NCBI GenBank assembly: GCA_030390025.1
Contig: CM059431.1
Coordinates: 152,832,001 to 152,896,000 of the forward strand
Direction: 5' to 3'
DNA from: Squalus acanthias
Taxonomy: Eukaryota
Length of the DNA stretch: 64,000 nt
Shown in pieces: positions 1-11,035 of this stretch. The position numbers and the translations under genes are program-made. How positions within the stretch are numbered: position 1 is the first letter of the stretch; every line of letters starts with the position of its first letter. The notes beneath the pieces are model-generated. The model was not told the DNA's origin. It did not search any database and saw only the letters and a list, made by a program, of their open reading frames with translations.

Positions 1-1305
1 TTAAAAAGGCCTCTGACAGTGAGACTCTCTCTTTAAAAGTGTCTCCGATGGTGAGACTCCCTCTTTAAAAGGGTCCGTGATGATGGGACTCTCTCTTTAA
101 AAGGGGTCCCTGGTGGTTAGACTCTCTCTTTAAAAGGGGTCCCTGATGAATAGACTATCTCTTTAAAAGGTGTGCCTGATAGGAAGTATCTCCGTAAAAG
201 AGTTCCCTGATCAAAAGAGTCTCAGTTTAAAAGGGGTCCTTGATAAAAAGACAGTCTCTTTAAAAGTCCTAACTGACAGAAGGACTTCCTCTTTAACAGG
301 GCCTCTGATCATGAAACTGTCTCTGTCAAAGGGCTCCCTGATCGAAAAACTCCCTCTTTTAAAGGGTCTCTGACGGTGAGAATCTCTTTAAAATTAATTC
401 CTTTTGTTGAGACTCTCTTTTAAAAAGGTGTCTCTGATGGTGAGACTTCCTCTTCAAAAGGGATCCCTAATGGGGAGACTCTCTCGTTAAAAGGGGTCCC
501 TGATGGGGAGACTCTTTAAAAGGGGTCCCTGGTGGGGACACTTCCTCTTTAAAAGGCGTCCCTGATGGCGAAACTCTTTCTTTCAAAGCGGTCCCTGATG
601 CTGAAACTCCATCTGTAAAAGGAATTGTAATTATCACTTCAATGGTGAGACTCTCTCTTTATAAGGTGTCCCTGATGGTGAGACACCCTCTTTAAATGTG
701 ACCCTGATAGTGAATCTCTCTCTTTAAAACGGTTCCCTGATGGTAAGACTCTCTTTAAAAGGGCTCCCTGATAAAAAGACTCCCTCTTTAAAAGGGTCTC
801 TTATGGAGAGACTCCCTCTTTAAAAGAGGATCTGATGGGGAAAATTCCTCTTTAAAAGAGATCCCTAATGAGGAGACAACCTCTTTAAAACGGGTCCCTG
901 ATTGAGACACACCCTCTTTAAAAGGGACCCCTGATGGTGACATTCTCTCTTTAAACGGTGTCCCTAATAGGAAGATTCTCTTTAAAAGGGGTCCCTGATA
1001 GAAAGACTCCATTTTTAAAACTGGGTCGCCAATGGTGAGACTCTGTATTTAAACGGGCACCCTGATAAAAAGACTACCTCTTTGAAAGGGTCTCTGATGG
1101 CGAGACTACCTCTTTAAAAGGGATCCCTAATGGGGAGACTCTCTTTAAAAGGGGTCCCTGATTGAGAGAATCGCCCTATAAAAGGTTTCCCTGATGGTGA
1201 GATTCCCTCTTTACAAGTTGTCTCTCATGGTGAGGCACCCGCTTAAAAAGGAATCCCTGATGGTGAGTCTCTCTCTTTAAAAACGTACACTGATGCAGAG
1301 ACTAT
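1..1305 (+). repeat. 33-bp satellite array (segment 1)
   Basis: Tandem 31-34-nt units of TTTAAAAGGGGTCCCTGAT(GGTG/AGAA)AGACTCCCTC; the ORF track shows the matching 11-aa pseudo-repeat LKGVPDGETPS. Confidence 0.97.
621..641 (+). mobile_element. 21-bp relic of the 3' terminus of a foamy-like LTR
   Basis: GGAATTGTAATTATCACTTCA matches the LTR end at 29076-29096 (GGACTTGTAATTATCCCTTCA) at 19/21 positions, ends in CA and is not satellite sequence. Confidence 0.65.
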
Positions 1306-1665
1306 GGGGTAGAAATTAGGTCGCGCCCCATTTGGGGCCCAAATATCGTCCGGACGCAAATATTAGCGCCTGGCGCTAATTATCGGCACTGACAGGAAAC
1401 TTCACTTTTACCGCCCCGGGAGGTGAGTGGAGCGCTAAAGCAGGCGCTGCACACCTCTCTTAAGGAGCAAAGGCCAAGGAGTGAGGCGCTAACTCAGCGC
1501 ACGAGCGCAGCGCAGCTGCTGCCAGTTAGCGAGGGAACACAGACACACTGGCGCCGGCCACTTCTTAAAGCGGGGGGGGGGGGCACTTGCTCCCCAGCCA
1601 CACCCTGCTCATTGCAGCCTTGAATCTCAGCCTGGAGAGACCTGTAATCCATTTTGCAGCCAAGC

Positions 1666-3528
1666 ATGGAGAGGGTGAGAGAACGCGCTCATCGCTTCAC
1701 CGAGCGGGCCTTGGATGCTCTGGTTGACGCAGTGGAGCGCAGACGATGTATGCTGTTCCCTGAGAGTGGCAGGAGGCCTTTGCCACGCGAGTTCAGAAGA
1801 GTGTGGAGGGAGGTGGCTCAGAGCGTCTCCTCCAGGAGCATGGTGCCCAGGACCCATACTCAATGCCGCAAAAAGTTCAACGACCTCACTCGGGTCGTCA
1901 GGGTGAGTGGCTTTTAATCAATACCTCTCCATCCCTCCATCTCAACCTCACTCTATGGCCAGAGGGTCTTAAAACCCCACTGCACAACACTCATCCAACA
2001 CCTATGGCCCTTTCATCAAACACACACACACATTCCACACTTTACATACAGTAAGAGCTATTCACCTATGGGAGGCACATCAGGCAAGACCATGGGTGTA
2101 TTTTGTAAGGGCTATTCACCTATGGGAGGCACATCATGCAAGACCATGTCTGTATATTGTAAGGGCTATTCACCTATGGGAGCCACATCAGGCAAGACCA
2201 TGGCTGTATATTTACTCAGATGCTGTCCTTTTTCTTGCAGGCTAAGCTGGCTCATAATCGGAGACAGCAGCAACGGACGGGTGGAGGGCGGCTTCAGCTG
2301 CAACCACTCAGCGATCTGGAGGAGCGCGTCCACAGGATTGTGGCAAGCCGGGTGATCAGTCCCGTCGCCACTGGTGACGCCGACCCCGTTGTGGACAGCA
2401 TTGTCCTCTGTCCTTTCACTTGTCCCTCACAATACCAGCCTTTGACACTTTCAATCCAACTTGCTAACTCGCTGCACTTATTCCTCCCTTACTGCCACCC
2501 TGTCCTCACGCTAAAGCCACTCTTGTACCTCCCTGCTTTCAGATGGTGATTCACCAGCTGAGGAGACGGGCCCTGAAGCTGCCACTGGGAGTGATGCTGC
2601 AGCTGAGGAGAAAGAGGAAGCCAGAGCATCAGTGCCACCCTCTCCCGAGGAAGCCCATGCCCACACTGGGAACACGCCTTCCCCGGAGGGGAGCAGGGGG
2701 GAAGGGGCTGATGATGGTGAAGCTCCAGGACCCAGCGGGCTGCAGCAACGCCATGGGGGGGGGGGGGGTAGGGAAGAACGGGGGCCTTCTCCCCAGAGGG
2801 AGAGTATGCCAGACACTCCTACTGCAATGGACGCAGAGGAGGAGCGGCTGATTGCTGAAATGAACACCCAGGCGGTGGGCATGCACACTGAGCTCATGGG
2901 TGCAGTGGGAAGGGTGCCCGAATGCATTGAGTCACTGGCAAGGAGTGTGGAGCACTTCGCTGTAGCACAGGCGGATGCCACACTAACGCTTAGTGCTGCA
3001 ATTCAGTCACTGGCTGCCGTGATCCCACCTCTGACTGCTCTCATACAGACTCAGATGGAGGCCACGCGAGCACAGACTGCTGCCAACCTCGATGGTTCGT
3101 GCACATTTCCCCGGGGCTGTCACCGCGCCGCAGCAGGCCAGCAATCTGTTCTCCGGCAGATTGCTCCGGATGCTGAAGTGCTGCCCCGTGGGAGTGCCAG
3201 TGTGTCGGGCGAGCAGGGAGTTGCTGGCCTCTCTCACGATGACAGCATTCCTGCTGCCAACACTGTCACTTCTCCACTGCACTTGCCACCGCCTGTAGGA
3301 CAGACTGCTGCCGCCCATGCAGAGTTGGTGCAGTCTGCAGCCGGGCACTCCAGGCCCAGAAGTGGTCGAGGCCGTCCTTCAGGGGCATCTGCAGTGTCAG
3401 GCTCTGACGAGCAGCAGCCTTCCACCAGCCTTGCTGCAGCCACTGAGCTCCCATTACGGAGGAGCAGTAGGGTTAGAAGGGGGGAAGTGTGCAAGGGAAG
3501 GAGATCACCCTCGAAGGGCAAAAAGTAG
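1666..3528 (+). CDS. Harbinger Myb/SANT-like DNA-binding protein; predicted exons 1666-1902, 2241-2397, 2543-3528
   Basis: RFTERALDALV...WREVAQSVS...QCRKKFNDL Myb/SANT motif, continuing AKLAHNRRQQQRTGGG. Intron 1 is GTGAGT...TTGCAG. Intron 2 starts with GC and ends TTTCAG. Phases join in frame to the 298-aa ORF. Confidence 0.8.
2051..2213 (+). repeat. 54-bp x3 minisatellite in intron 1 of the Myb gene
   Basis: GTAAGRGCTATTCACCTATGGGAG... starts at 2051, 2105 and 2159. Confidence 0.9.
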
Positions 3529-3822
3529 GAGGTGTGCCAAAATACTGGTCATTTTTTTATTAAAGGCCGAGGTTCATGGTCCAACTTTTGTTTAGTGTTT
3601 TGGACATTATCTCCAGGTTGTGAGAACCAGTTATGTTATTGACTGTTTTTTTGTGTTTATTTCTATGAGTTTGTCATGAGGAATTGACACACACAGAGTT
3701 TGTAAAATAAATAAGTTTCTGTATTCAAAATATACATGGCTGGTGGTTGGAATTATTGGTGCCTTGGCCGGCTTAGGGGTTGCGTGCTGGGTTGATTAGT
3801 GTTTGTAGCAATGGCAGGGGCC

Positions 3823-4983
3823 CTAGAAGCGGCTTGCTATTCGTCGTTGACGGACGGCCCTTGCAGTTTGACCATTGTGGGCCGCCCTCCTGCCTTGGTG
3901 CTGCTGATGATCATCGTCCTCGTCCTCTTCCTCCTCTTCCTCCTCCTCCTCTGGTGGTGCTACAAGGCCTGGTGGCATTGGCTGGGTCCTGAGGATTGCC
4001 ATGTTGTGCAACATGCAGCACACGACTACGAAGTTCGAAACTTGCTCAGGCGAGTACTGCAGTGCTCCTCCGGAATGGTCCAGACAGCGGAACCGTTGTT
4101 TCAGCACGCCGATTGTGCGCTCAATAATGTTCCTGGTTGTTTGATGGCTTTCATTGTACCGCAGCTCAGCAGGGGTGTTTGGCGTACGGAGCGGTGTCAT
4201 CAGCCAGGTGCTCAATGCGTACCCCTTGTCCCCCAGAAGCCAACCAACTGGCTGATGCGGTGCCTCGAAAACTTCTGCCACAGTAGTCTGGCGCAGGATG
4301 AAAGCTTCGTGGCAGCTGCCCGGATAGTGGGCATTGACAGCGAGTATCACCTGTCTGTGGTCACAGACCAACTGCACATTCAAGGAATGGAACCCCTTTC
4401 TGTTCCTGAATTCCTCTGCATTCTCTCGCGGAGCACGCAAAGCCACATGCGTGCAGTCAATGGCGCCCTGCACCATGGGGAAGCCTGCTACCCTCGCAAA
4501 GCCCAGAGCACGGTCACGCTTCTTGTCTGGGGTCATAGGGAAAGAGATGAAGTCTCGTCTCCTTCTGAAGAGGGCATTGGTGACCTGCCGGATGCAGCGA
4601 TGCACCGCAAACTGGGAGATATTGGCGAGGTCCCCAACAGCAGCTTGGAATGAGCCAGTGGCGTAGAAGTTCAAAGCCACTGTGACCTTCACTGCCACCG
4701 ACAGAGACGTCCTGGACCTCAGTTGAGGCTGCAGATCTGGCTGCAGCAGGTGGCAGAGCTCAGTGACCACCTCCTTGCTGAATCGCAGCCTTCGCAAACA
4801 CAGCTCCTCGGACATATGGATGTAGGAGAGCTGTTCACGATATACCCTGGGAGGGTAAGCTCTCCTGTACATGCGCCTGATGGCCCTCCTCCGTCTGGCC
4901 ATCATTGCCACTCTCTGTCTGCGTCTCTGTATCCTCCGATTCAGCTGGAGCAGGACGACGCCCCCAATCATTGCAGCCCCCAT
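3823..4983 (-). CDS. Harbinger DDE transposase (HARBI1-like nuclease family), uninterrupted
   Basis: Motifs GAIDCTH, NRKGFHSLNVQLVCD, LLGDKGY, YNESH, IERTIGVLKQRFRCL, CCMLHN and an acidic tail; first ATG at 4983 within ORF 3823..5052. Confidence 0.95.
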   Translation of the reverse strand: MGAAMIGGVVLLQLNRRIQRRRQRVAMMARRRRAIRRMYRRAYPPRVYREQLSYIHMSEELCLRRLRFSKEVVTELCHLLQPDLQPQLRSRTSLSVAVKVTVALNFYATGSFQAAVGDLANISQFAVHRCIRQVTNALFRRRRDFISFPMTPDKKRDRALGFARVAGFPMVQGAIDCTHVALRAPRENAEEFRNRKGFHSLNVQLVCDHRQVILAVNAHYPGSCHEAFILRQTTVAEVFEAPHQPVGWLLGDKGYALSTWLMTPLRTPNTPAELRYNESHQTTRNIIERTIGVLKQRFRCLDHSGGALQYSPEQVSNFVVVCCMLHNMAILRTQPMPPGLVAPPEEEEEEEEEDEDDDHQQHQGRRAAHNGQTARAVRQRRIASRF

Positions 4984-7900
4984 ATTCTCTTTGCCAGAAA
5001 AGTAATGAGGTACAGCAACTAAAGTAGCAACAAAGTTAGGATGAATAGGCAAAACTACCTCACAAAGCGTTGAGTCAATGTAGAAGTCTCTCTCTCTCTC
5101 TCTCCGAATCTCTCTCTCTCTCTCAGAACGAGTGGTGCATAAATGTCGACCACAGAAAAAGACAGGAAGAGGCCCCCTTTAAATAGCGCCCCCCCACAGC
5201 CCCACACCGATTGATAACGTTCCAGTCTTCCGGTCGTTGGAAGCACAGGCGGTAAGGCAGGGGGCGCCACTCAATTTCCGCTCCGGGGCGCCCCAAGGGC
5301 GTTGCACCATGGAATTACGTCACAATCTGCGCGCGCAGGTGGTCGCAGCGGTAAGTTTTAGCGCAGCCGCACAATCTCAAGTTAAGTTCTCGAGCGGCGC
5401 AAACAGCGCTGCGCCCGGGCGTTAGCGGCTTAACGCCCCATTAGCGCCCTATTAAGGCGCTAACGGGAGGCGCATTCAAGTGCTCTATCTCTTTAAAAGC
5501 GGTCGCTGAAGCCTAAGCAGCCTCTGTAAGAGGGTTCCCTGATGATGAAACTCCCTCTTTAAAAGCGGTCACTGGTGTTGAGACTCTCTCATTAAAAGGG
5601 GTCCCTGACGGGTATACTCCCTCTTTAAATGGGGTCCTTGAAGGCGAGACGCTCTCTTTAAAAGGGGTCCCTTCTGGAATTTCTGTCTCATTAAAAGTGT
5701 TCCAAGACGGAGAAACTCAATCTTTAAAAGTGACCGTTGATGGTGAGATTCTATCTTTAAAAGGGTTCCCTGATGCTGAAACACCCTCTTTAAAACGGGT
5801 GAGACACACTCTTTAAAAGGGGTCCCTAATAGTGAGACACACTCTTTAATAGGGGACCCTGATGGTGAGAATCTCTCTCTATAAGGGGTGCCTGATAGTG
5901 AGACTCCATCTTTAAAATCGGTCCCTGATGGTGAGACTCCTTCTTTAAAAGGGATCCCTGATGGTAAAACTATCTTTAAAAGGGCTCCCTCATAGAATTA
6001 ATCCCTCTTTAAAAGGGGTCCCTGATAGAAAGTCTCCCTCTTTAAAAGTGGTTCTTGTAGGACAGACGCTCTCTTTAAAAGTCTCTCTGATGGTGAGACT
6101 ACCTCTTTAAATGTTCTCCCTGATTGTGAGACACCCTCTTTAAAAGGGGTCCCAAATTGGGAGAGTCTCTCGTTAAAAGTGTCCCTGATGGAGAGACTCC
6201 CTCTTTAAAAGGTTTCCCTGATAGAAAGACATCCTCTTTAAAAGGGCCCCATCATAGAAAGACTACCTCTTGAAAGCGAGCCCTGATGGTAAGACTCTCT
6301 TTAAAAGGGGTCCCTGATGGAGAGACTCTCTCTTTAAAAGGGGCCCCTGATGAGAGAATATCTCTTTAAATGCTGTCCCTAATGCCGAAACTCCCTCTGT
6401 AAAAGGGTTCCCAGATGGTGAGACTCCCTCTTTAAAAGATATCCCTGGTGGAGAGACTCTCTTTAAAAGGGTTCCCTGATGCTGAAACACCCTCTTTAAA
6501 AGGGGTTCCTGATGGTGAGACTCCCTCTTTAAAAGGGGACCTTGATGTCGAGATTCTCTATTTAAAAAGGTCCCCTGATGGGGTGGACTCCCTCTTTAAT
6601 AGGAGTCCCTGATGCTGAACACCCTCTTTAAAAGGGGTCCCTGATAGAAAGACGCCCTCTTTAAAAGGGGTCCCTGAAAGAAAGACTGTCTCTTTAAAAG
6701 GGGTCCCTGATGGTGAGCCTCCCCCTTTAAAAGGGGTTCCTGATGGTGAGACTCCATTTTTAAAATGGGTCCCTGAAGGTGTGACTCCCTGTTTAAAAGT
6801 GGTCCCTGATGGCGAGACTGCCTCTTTAAAATCGTTCCCTGATGGTGAAACCCCCGCTTTCAAAAGGGTCCCTAATGTTGATACTCCATCTTTAAATGAT
6901 CTCACTGATAGAAAGGCTCCCTCTTTAATAGGATCCCTGATGGTGAGACACCAACTTTAAAATATGTCACTGATGCTGAGACACCCTCTTTAAAAGGGGT
7001 CCCTGATGTTGAGAATCTCTCTTTAATAGGAGTCCCTGATGCTGAAACACAATCTTTAAAAGGGCTTCCTGAGAGAAATAAGCCCTCTTTAAATGGGGTC
7101 CCTGAAAGAAAGATTTTCTCTTTAAAATGTCTCCCCGAAGGAGAGGCTCACTCTTTAATAAGGGTCCGTGATGGCGAGACTTCCTCTTTAATAGGGGTCC
7201 TCGAGGGAGAGACTTCCTCTTTAATAGGGGTCCGTGATGGTGAGACTCCCTCTTTAAAAGAGGTCCCTGATGGAGAGTCTCTCTCTTTAAATGGGGTCAT
7301 TGAAGGAGATACTTACTCTTTAAAAGGGGCCCCTGATGGTGAGATTCGATCTTTAAAAGGCCCCTGATGCTGAAAAACCTCTTTAAAACGGGTGAGACAC
7401 CCTCTTTAAAAGGGGACCCTGATGGTGAGACTCTCTCTTTAAAAGGGGTCCCTAATGGTGAGATTACATCTTTAAAGGGTGTCCCAGATTGTGAGACCTA
7501 TTCTTCAAAAGGGTCCTTAATGTGGAGACTGTCTCCTTAAAACGGGTCCATGATAGAAAGACTCTCTTTAAAATGTGTCCCCGAGTGTGAGACACCTCTT
7601 TAAAGCGGTCCCTAATAGAAAGACTCTCTCTATAAAATGGGTCCCCGAATGTGAGACACCTCTTTATAAGGGGTCCCTATTAGAAATACTCTCTCTTTAA
7701 AAGAGCTCCCTGATAGAAAGACTCCCTCTTTCAAAGGGATCCCTGATGGTGTGACTTTCTCTTTAAAAGGGGTCCCTGATGGTAAGACTACCCCTTTAAA
7801 AGGGGTTCCTGTTGGCGAAACTCTCTTTTTAAAAGGCGTCCCTGATGCTGAAACTCCCTTTTTAAAAGTGGTCCCAGATGGTGAGCCTCTTTAAAATGTT

Positions 7901-10343
7901 CCCCAAATGGGGAGGCTCTCGCTTTAAAAGGGGTCCCTGATAGAGAAACGTTCTCTTTAAAAGTGGTTTCTAATGGTGAGTCTCCCTCTTTAAAAGGGGT
8001 CCCTGATGGTGAGACTCCCTCTTTAAAAATGGTCCCTGACGCTGGAACTCACTCTTTCAAAAGGTGTCCCTGATGGAGACACTCCCTGATTAAAAAGGAT
8101 CTCTGATGGGTGAGACTCGCTCATTAAAAGGGGTCCCTGATTGTAAGACTCACTTTAAAAGGGCTCCGTGATAGAAAGACTCCTTCTTTAAAATGTGTCC
8201 CTGATGGCGAAAATCTCTCTCTAAAATGGGTCCCTGATGTTGAGACTCCTTCTTTAAAGGGTTCCCTGATGCCGAAACTCTCTCTTTAAAAGGGTTCGCT
8301 GATGGTGAGAGTCTCTCTTTAAAAGGGGTCCCTGATGGCGTGACTCACTCTTTAAAGGGGGTCCCTGATGGAGAGACTAACTCTTTAAAAGCGCTATTGA
8401 TGCTGAATCTCCCGCTTTCAAACGATGTCCCTGATGGCGAAACTCTCTCTTTAAAAGCGGTCAATGATGGTGAGACTCCCTCGTTAATAGGAATCCCTCA
8501 TGGTGATACTCCCTCTTTAATAGGAGTCCCGGATGCTGAAACACCCTCTTTAAAAATATTCTCTGAAGGGGGTACACCCGCTTTAAAAGCGGTCGCTGAT
8601 GGTGAGACTCCCTCGTTAATAGGAGTCCCTGATGCTGAAACACCCTCCTTAAAAGTGGTCCCTGATGGTATGCCTCTCTAAAAGGGGTCCCTAATAGGTA
8701 GACTCTCTCATAAAAAATTGTCCCTGGTAGAAATAAACTCTCTTTAAAAGGAGACCCCGAGGGTGAGACTCCTTCTATAAAGAGGGGCACCTGAATTTGA
8801 GACATCCTCAATAAAAGGGGCACTTGATGGTGAAACTCCCTCGTTAAAAGGAATCGCTGATGGTGAGACGCACTCTTTAATAGGGTTCCCTAATGGTAAG
8901 ACTCACTTCAAAAGGGATCCCTGAAAGAAAAACTTCCTCTTTAAAAGGGGACCCTGATGGCGAAACTCTCTCATTAAAAGGGGTCCCTGATGGTGAGAAT
9001 GCCTCTTTAAAAGGGGTCTCTGATTTTGAGACTCCTTCTTTAAAAGGGGCCCATGATTGTGAGTCTCCCTCTTTAAAAGGGGCCCCTGATGGTGAGTTTC
9101 CCTCTTTAATAGGAGTCCCTAATGCTGAAACCCTCTGTTTAAAAGGGGTCCCTGTTGGAAAAACTCTCTTTAAAGGTGTCCCTGATAGAAAGACTCTCAC
9201 ATTAAAAGGGGTCCCTGAAGTGGATACAGCCTCTTTAAAAGGGGTCCCTGATGGTGAGACTATCTCTTTAAAAGGGGCGCATGATTGTGAGTCTCCCTCT
9301 TTAAAAGGTGTCCCTGATGTTGAGACTCGCACTTTAAACTGGGTCCCTGGTGGAGAGACTCTCTCTTAAAAGTGGCAATGATGGTGAGTCTCCCTCATTA
9401 AAAGGTGTCCCTGATTGTGAGACACACCCTTTAAAAGGGGTCCCTTTTTGGGACACCCACTCTTTAAAAGGATCCCTTATGGTGAACCTTCCTCTGTTAA
9501 AAGGACCCCTGATGGGGAGATTCCCTCTTCAAAAGGGATCCCTTATGGTGAGACTCCCTCTTTAAAAGGGGTCCCTTTAAGAAAGACTCTGTCTTTAAAA
9601 GGGTTCACTGATGATGAGTCTCCCTCTTTAAAAGGGGTCCCTAATGGCGAGACCCCCCTTTAAAAGGGATCCCTGATAGAAAAACTCTCTCTTTAGAAGG
9701 GGTCCCTGATGGTAAGTCTCCCTCTTTTAAAAGGGTCCCTGATGGTGAGACATCAACTTTAAAAATGTCTCTGATGGTGAGACTCCCGCTTTAAAAGTAT
9801 TCCCTGATAGAAAGAGTCCTTCTTTAAAAGGGATCCCTGATAGAAAAACTCTCTCTTTAAAAGGGGTCCCTGATGGTGCGACTCACTCTTTAAAATGTGT
9901 CCCTGATGTTGAGATTCCCTCTTTAAAGGGGGTCCGTAATCAGAGACTCTCTTTAAAAAGCTCCCTGATAGAAAGAAGCCGTTTTAAAAGTGTCTCTGAT
10001 TGTGAGACACCCTCTTTAAAAGGGGTCCCTGATGTCGAGACTCTCTCTTAAAAAGCGTTCCCTGATGGTGAGACTCTCTTTAAAAGGGCTCCATGAGAGA
10101 AACACTCCCTCTTTAAATAGGTGTCCCTGATGGTAAGGCACCCCCTTTAAAAGGGGTGCCTGAGACAAAGACTCTCTCTTTAAAAGGCTTGCCTTATGGT
10201 GAGACTCCGTCTTTATAAGGGGTCCCTAATGGTGAGACACCCTCATTAAAATGTATCCCTGAGTGTGGGAGTCCCTCTTTAAAATGAATCCCTGATGGTG
10301 AGATTCACTCTTTAAAAGGGGTTCCCCAAAGAAGGACTCCATT

Positions 10344-10466
10344 AAAGCAGGGACAGGGTACTGGATTTGGATGATCAGCCATGATCGTATTGAATGGTGG
10401 AGCAGGCTCGACGGGCCGAATGGCCTACTCCTGCTCCTAGATTCTATGTTTCTATCTATGTTTCTA
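10344..10466 (+). mobile_element. Extremely 5'-truncated CR1 LINE, or tail of a CR1-dependent SINE
   Basis: GATCAGCCATGATC...GAATGGTGGAGCAGGCTCGACGGGCCGAATGGCCTACTCCTGCTCCT followed by a (CTATGTTT)n tail; absent from the duplicated satellite site near 13160. Confidence 0.88.
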
Positions 10467-10659
10467 AAAGGGGTCCCTGATGGGGAGACTGCCGCTTTAA
10501 AAGGGGTCCTTGATGGTTGGTGAGACTCCCTCGTTAAAAGGGGTCCCTGTTGGTGAGACTACCTCTTTCAAAGGGGTCCCTGGTGGAGAGACTCTCTCAT
10601 TAAAAAGCTTCCCTGACGGAGATACACCCTCTTTAAAAGGGGTCCCTGATTGTGAGACT

Positions 10660-11035
10660 CCTTTTAAAGAGGGAGTTTCAGCATCAGGGACACCTTTTAA
10701 TCAGATAATCTCCCCATTAGTGATCACTTGTAAAGAGGGAGTCTCACAATCAGACACCCTTTTAAAGAGGGAATCTTTCTATTAGGGACCCCTTTTAAAG
10801 AGGGCGTCTTTCTATCATTTTAAAGAGAGTCTCCCCATTGTGGACCGCTTTTAAGAGGGAATCTCACCATCTGGGACACATTTTAAAGAGGGTGTTTCAG
10901 CATCAAAGTCTCTTATCAAAGAGGGAGTCTCCCCCATCAGGGAAGCCTTTTAAAGAGAGACTCTCGACATCAATGACCCCTTTTAAAGAGGGAGTCTCAT
11001 CATCAGGATCCCCTTTCAAATAGGGTTATTTCAGC
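10660..11035 (-). repeat. Inverted satellite block (copy 1)
   Basis: Monomers read as reverse complement (AAAGAGGGAGTCTCACAATCAG...) between plus-oriented monomers. Confidence 0.92.

Larger units (their letters stand above)
1306..5485. mobile_element. Autonomous-type PIF/Harbinger DNA transposon (~4.2 kb)
   Basis: Convergent Myb/SANT gene and DDE transposase; TAT duplicated at 1303-1305 and 5486-5488, and removing the element restores the satellite unit GAGACTATCTCTTT. Confidence 0.93.

Noticed and set aside
3799..4653. 284-aa plus-strand ORF with a hydrophobic stretch
   Set aside because: Antisense shadow of the transposase; the hydrophobic run mirrors the acidic E/D tract
3823..4983. Domesticated host HARBI1 gene
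   Set aside because: Sits with a Myb partner in a TSD-flanked insertion within satellite, so it is a transposon copy
8340..9663. Repeat-protein ORFs (LKGVPDGETPS)n / (SGTPFKEGVSP)n here and across the array
   Set aside because: Arise because the monomer length is a multiple of 3; constant indels and stops, on both strands
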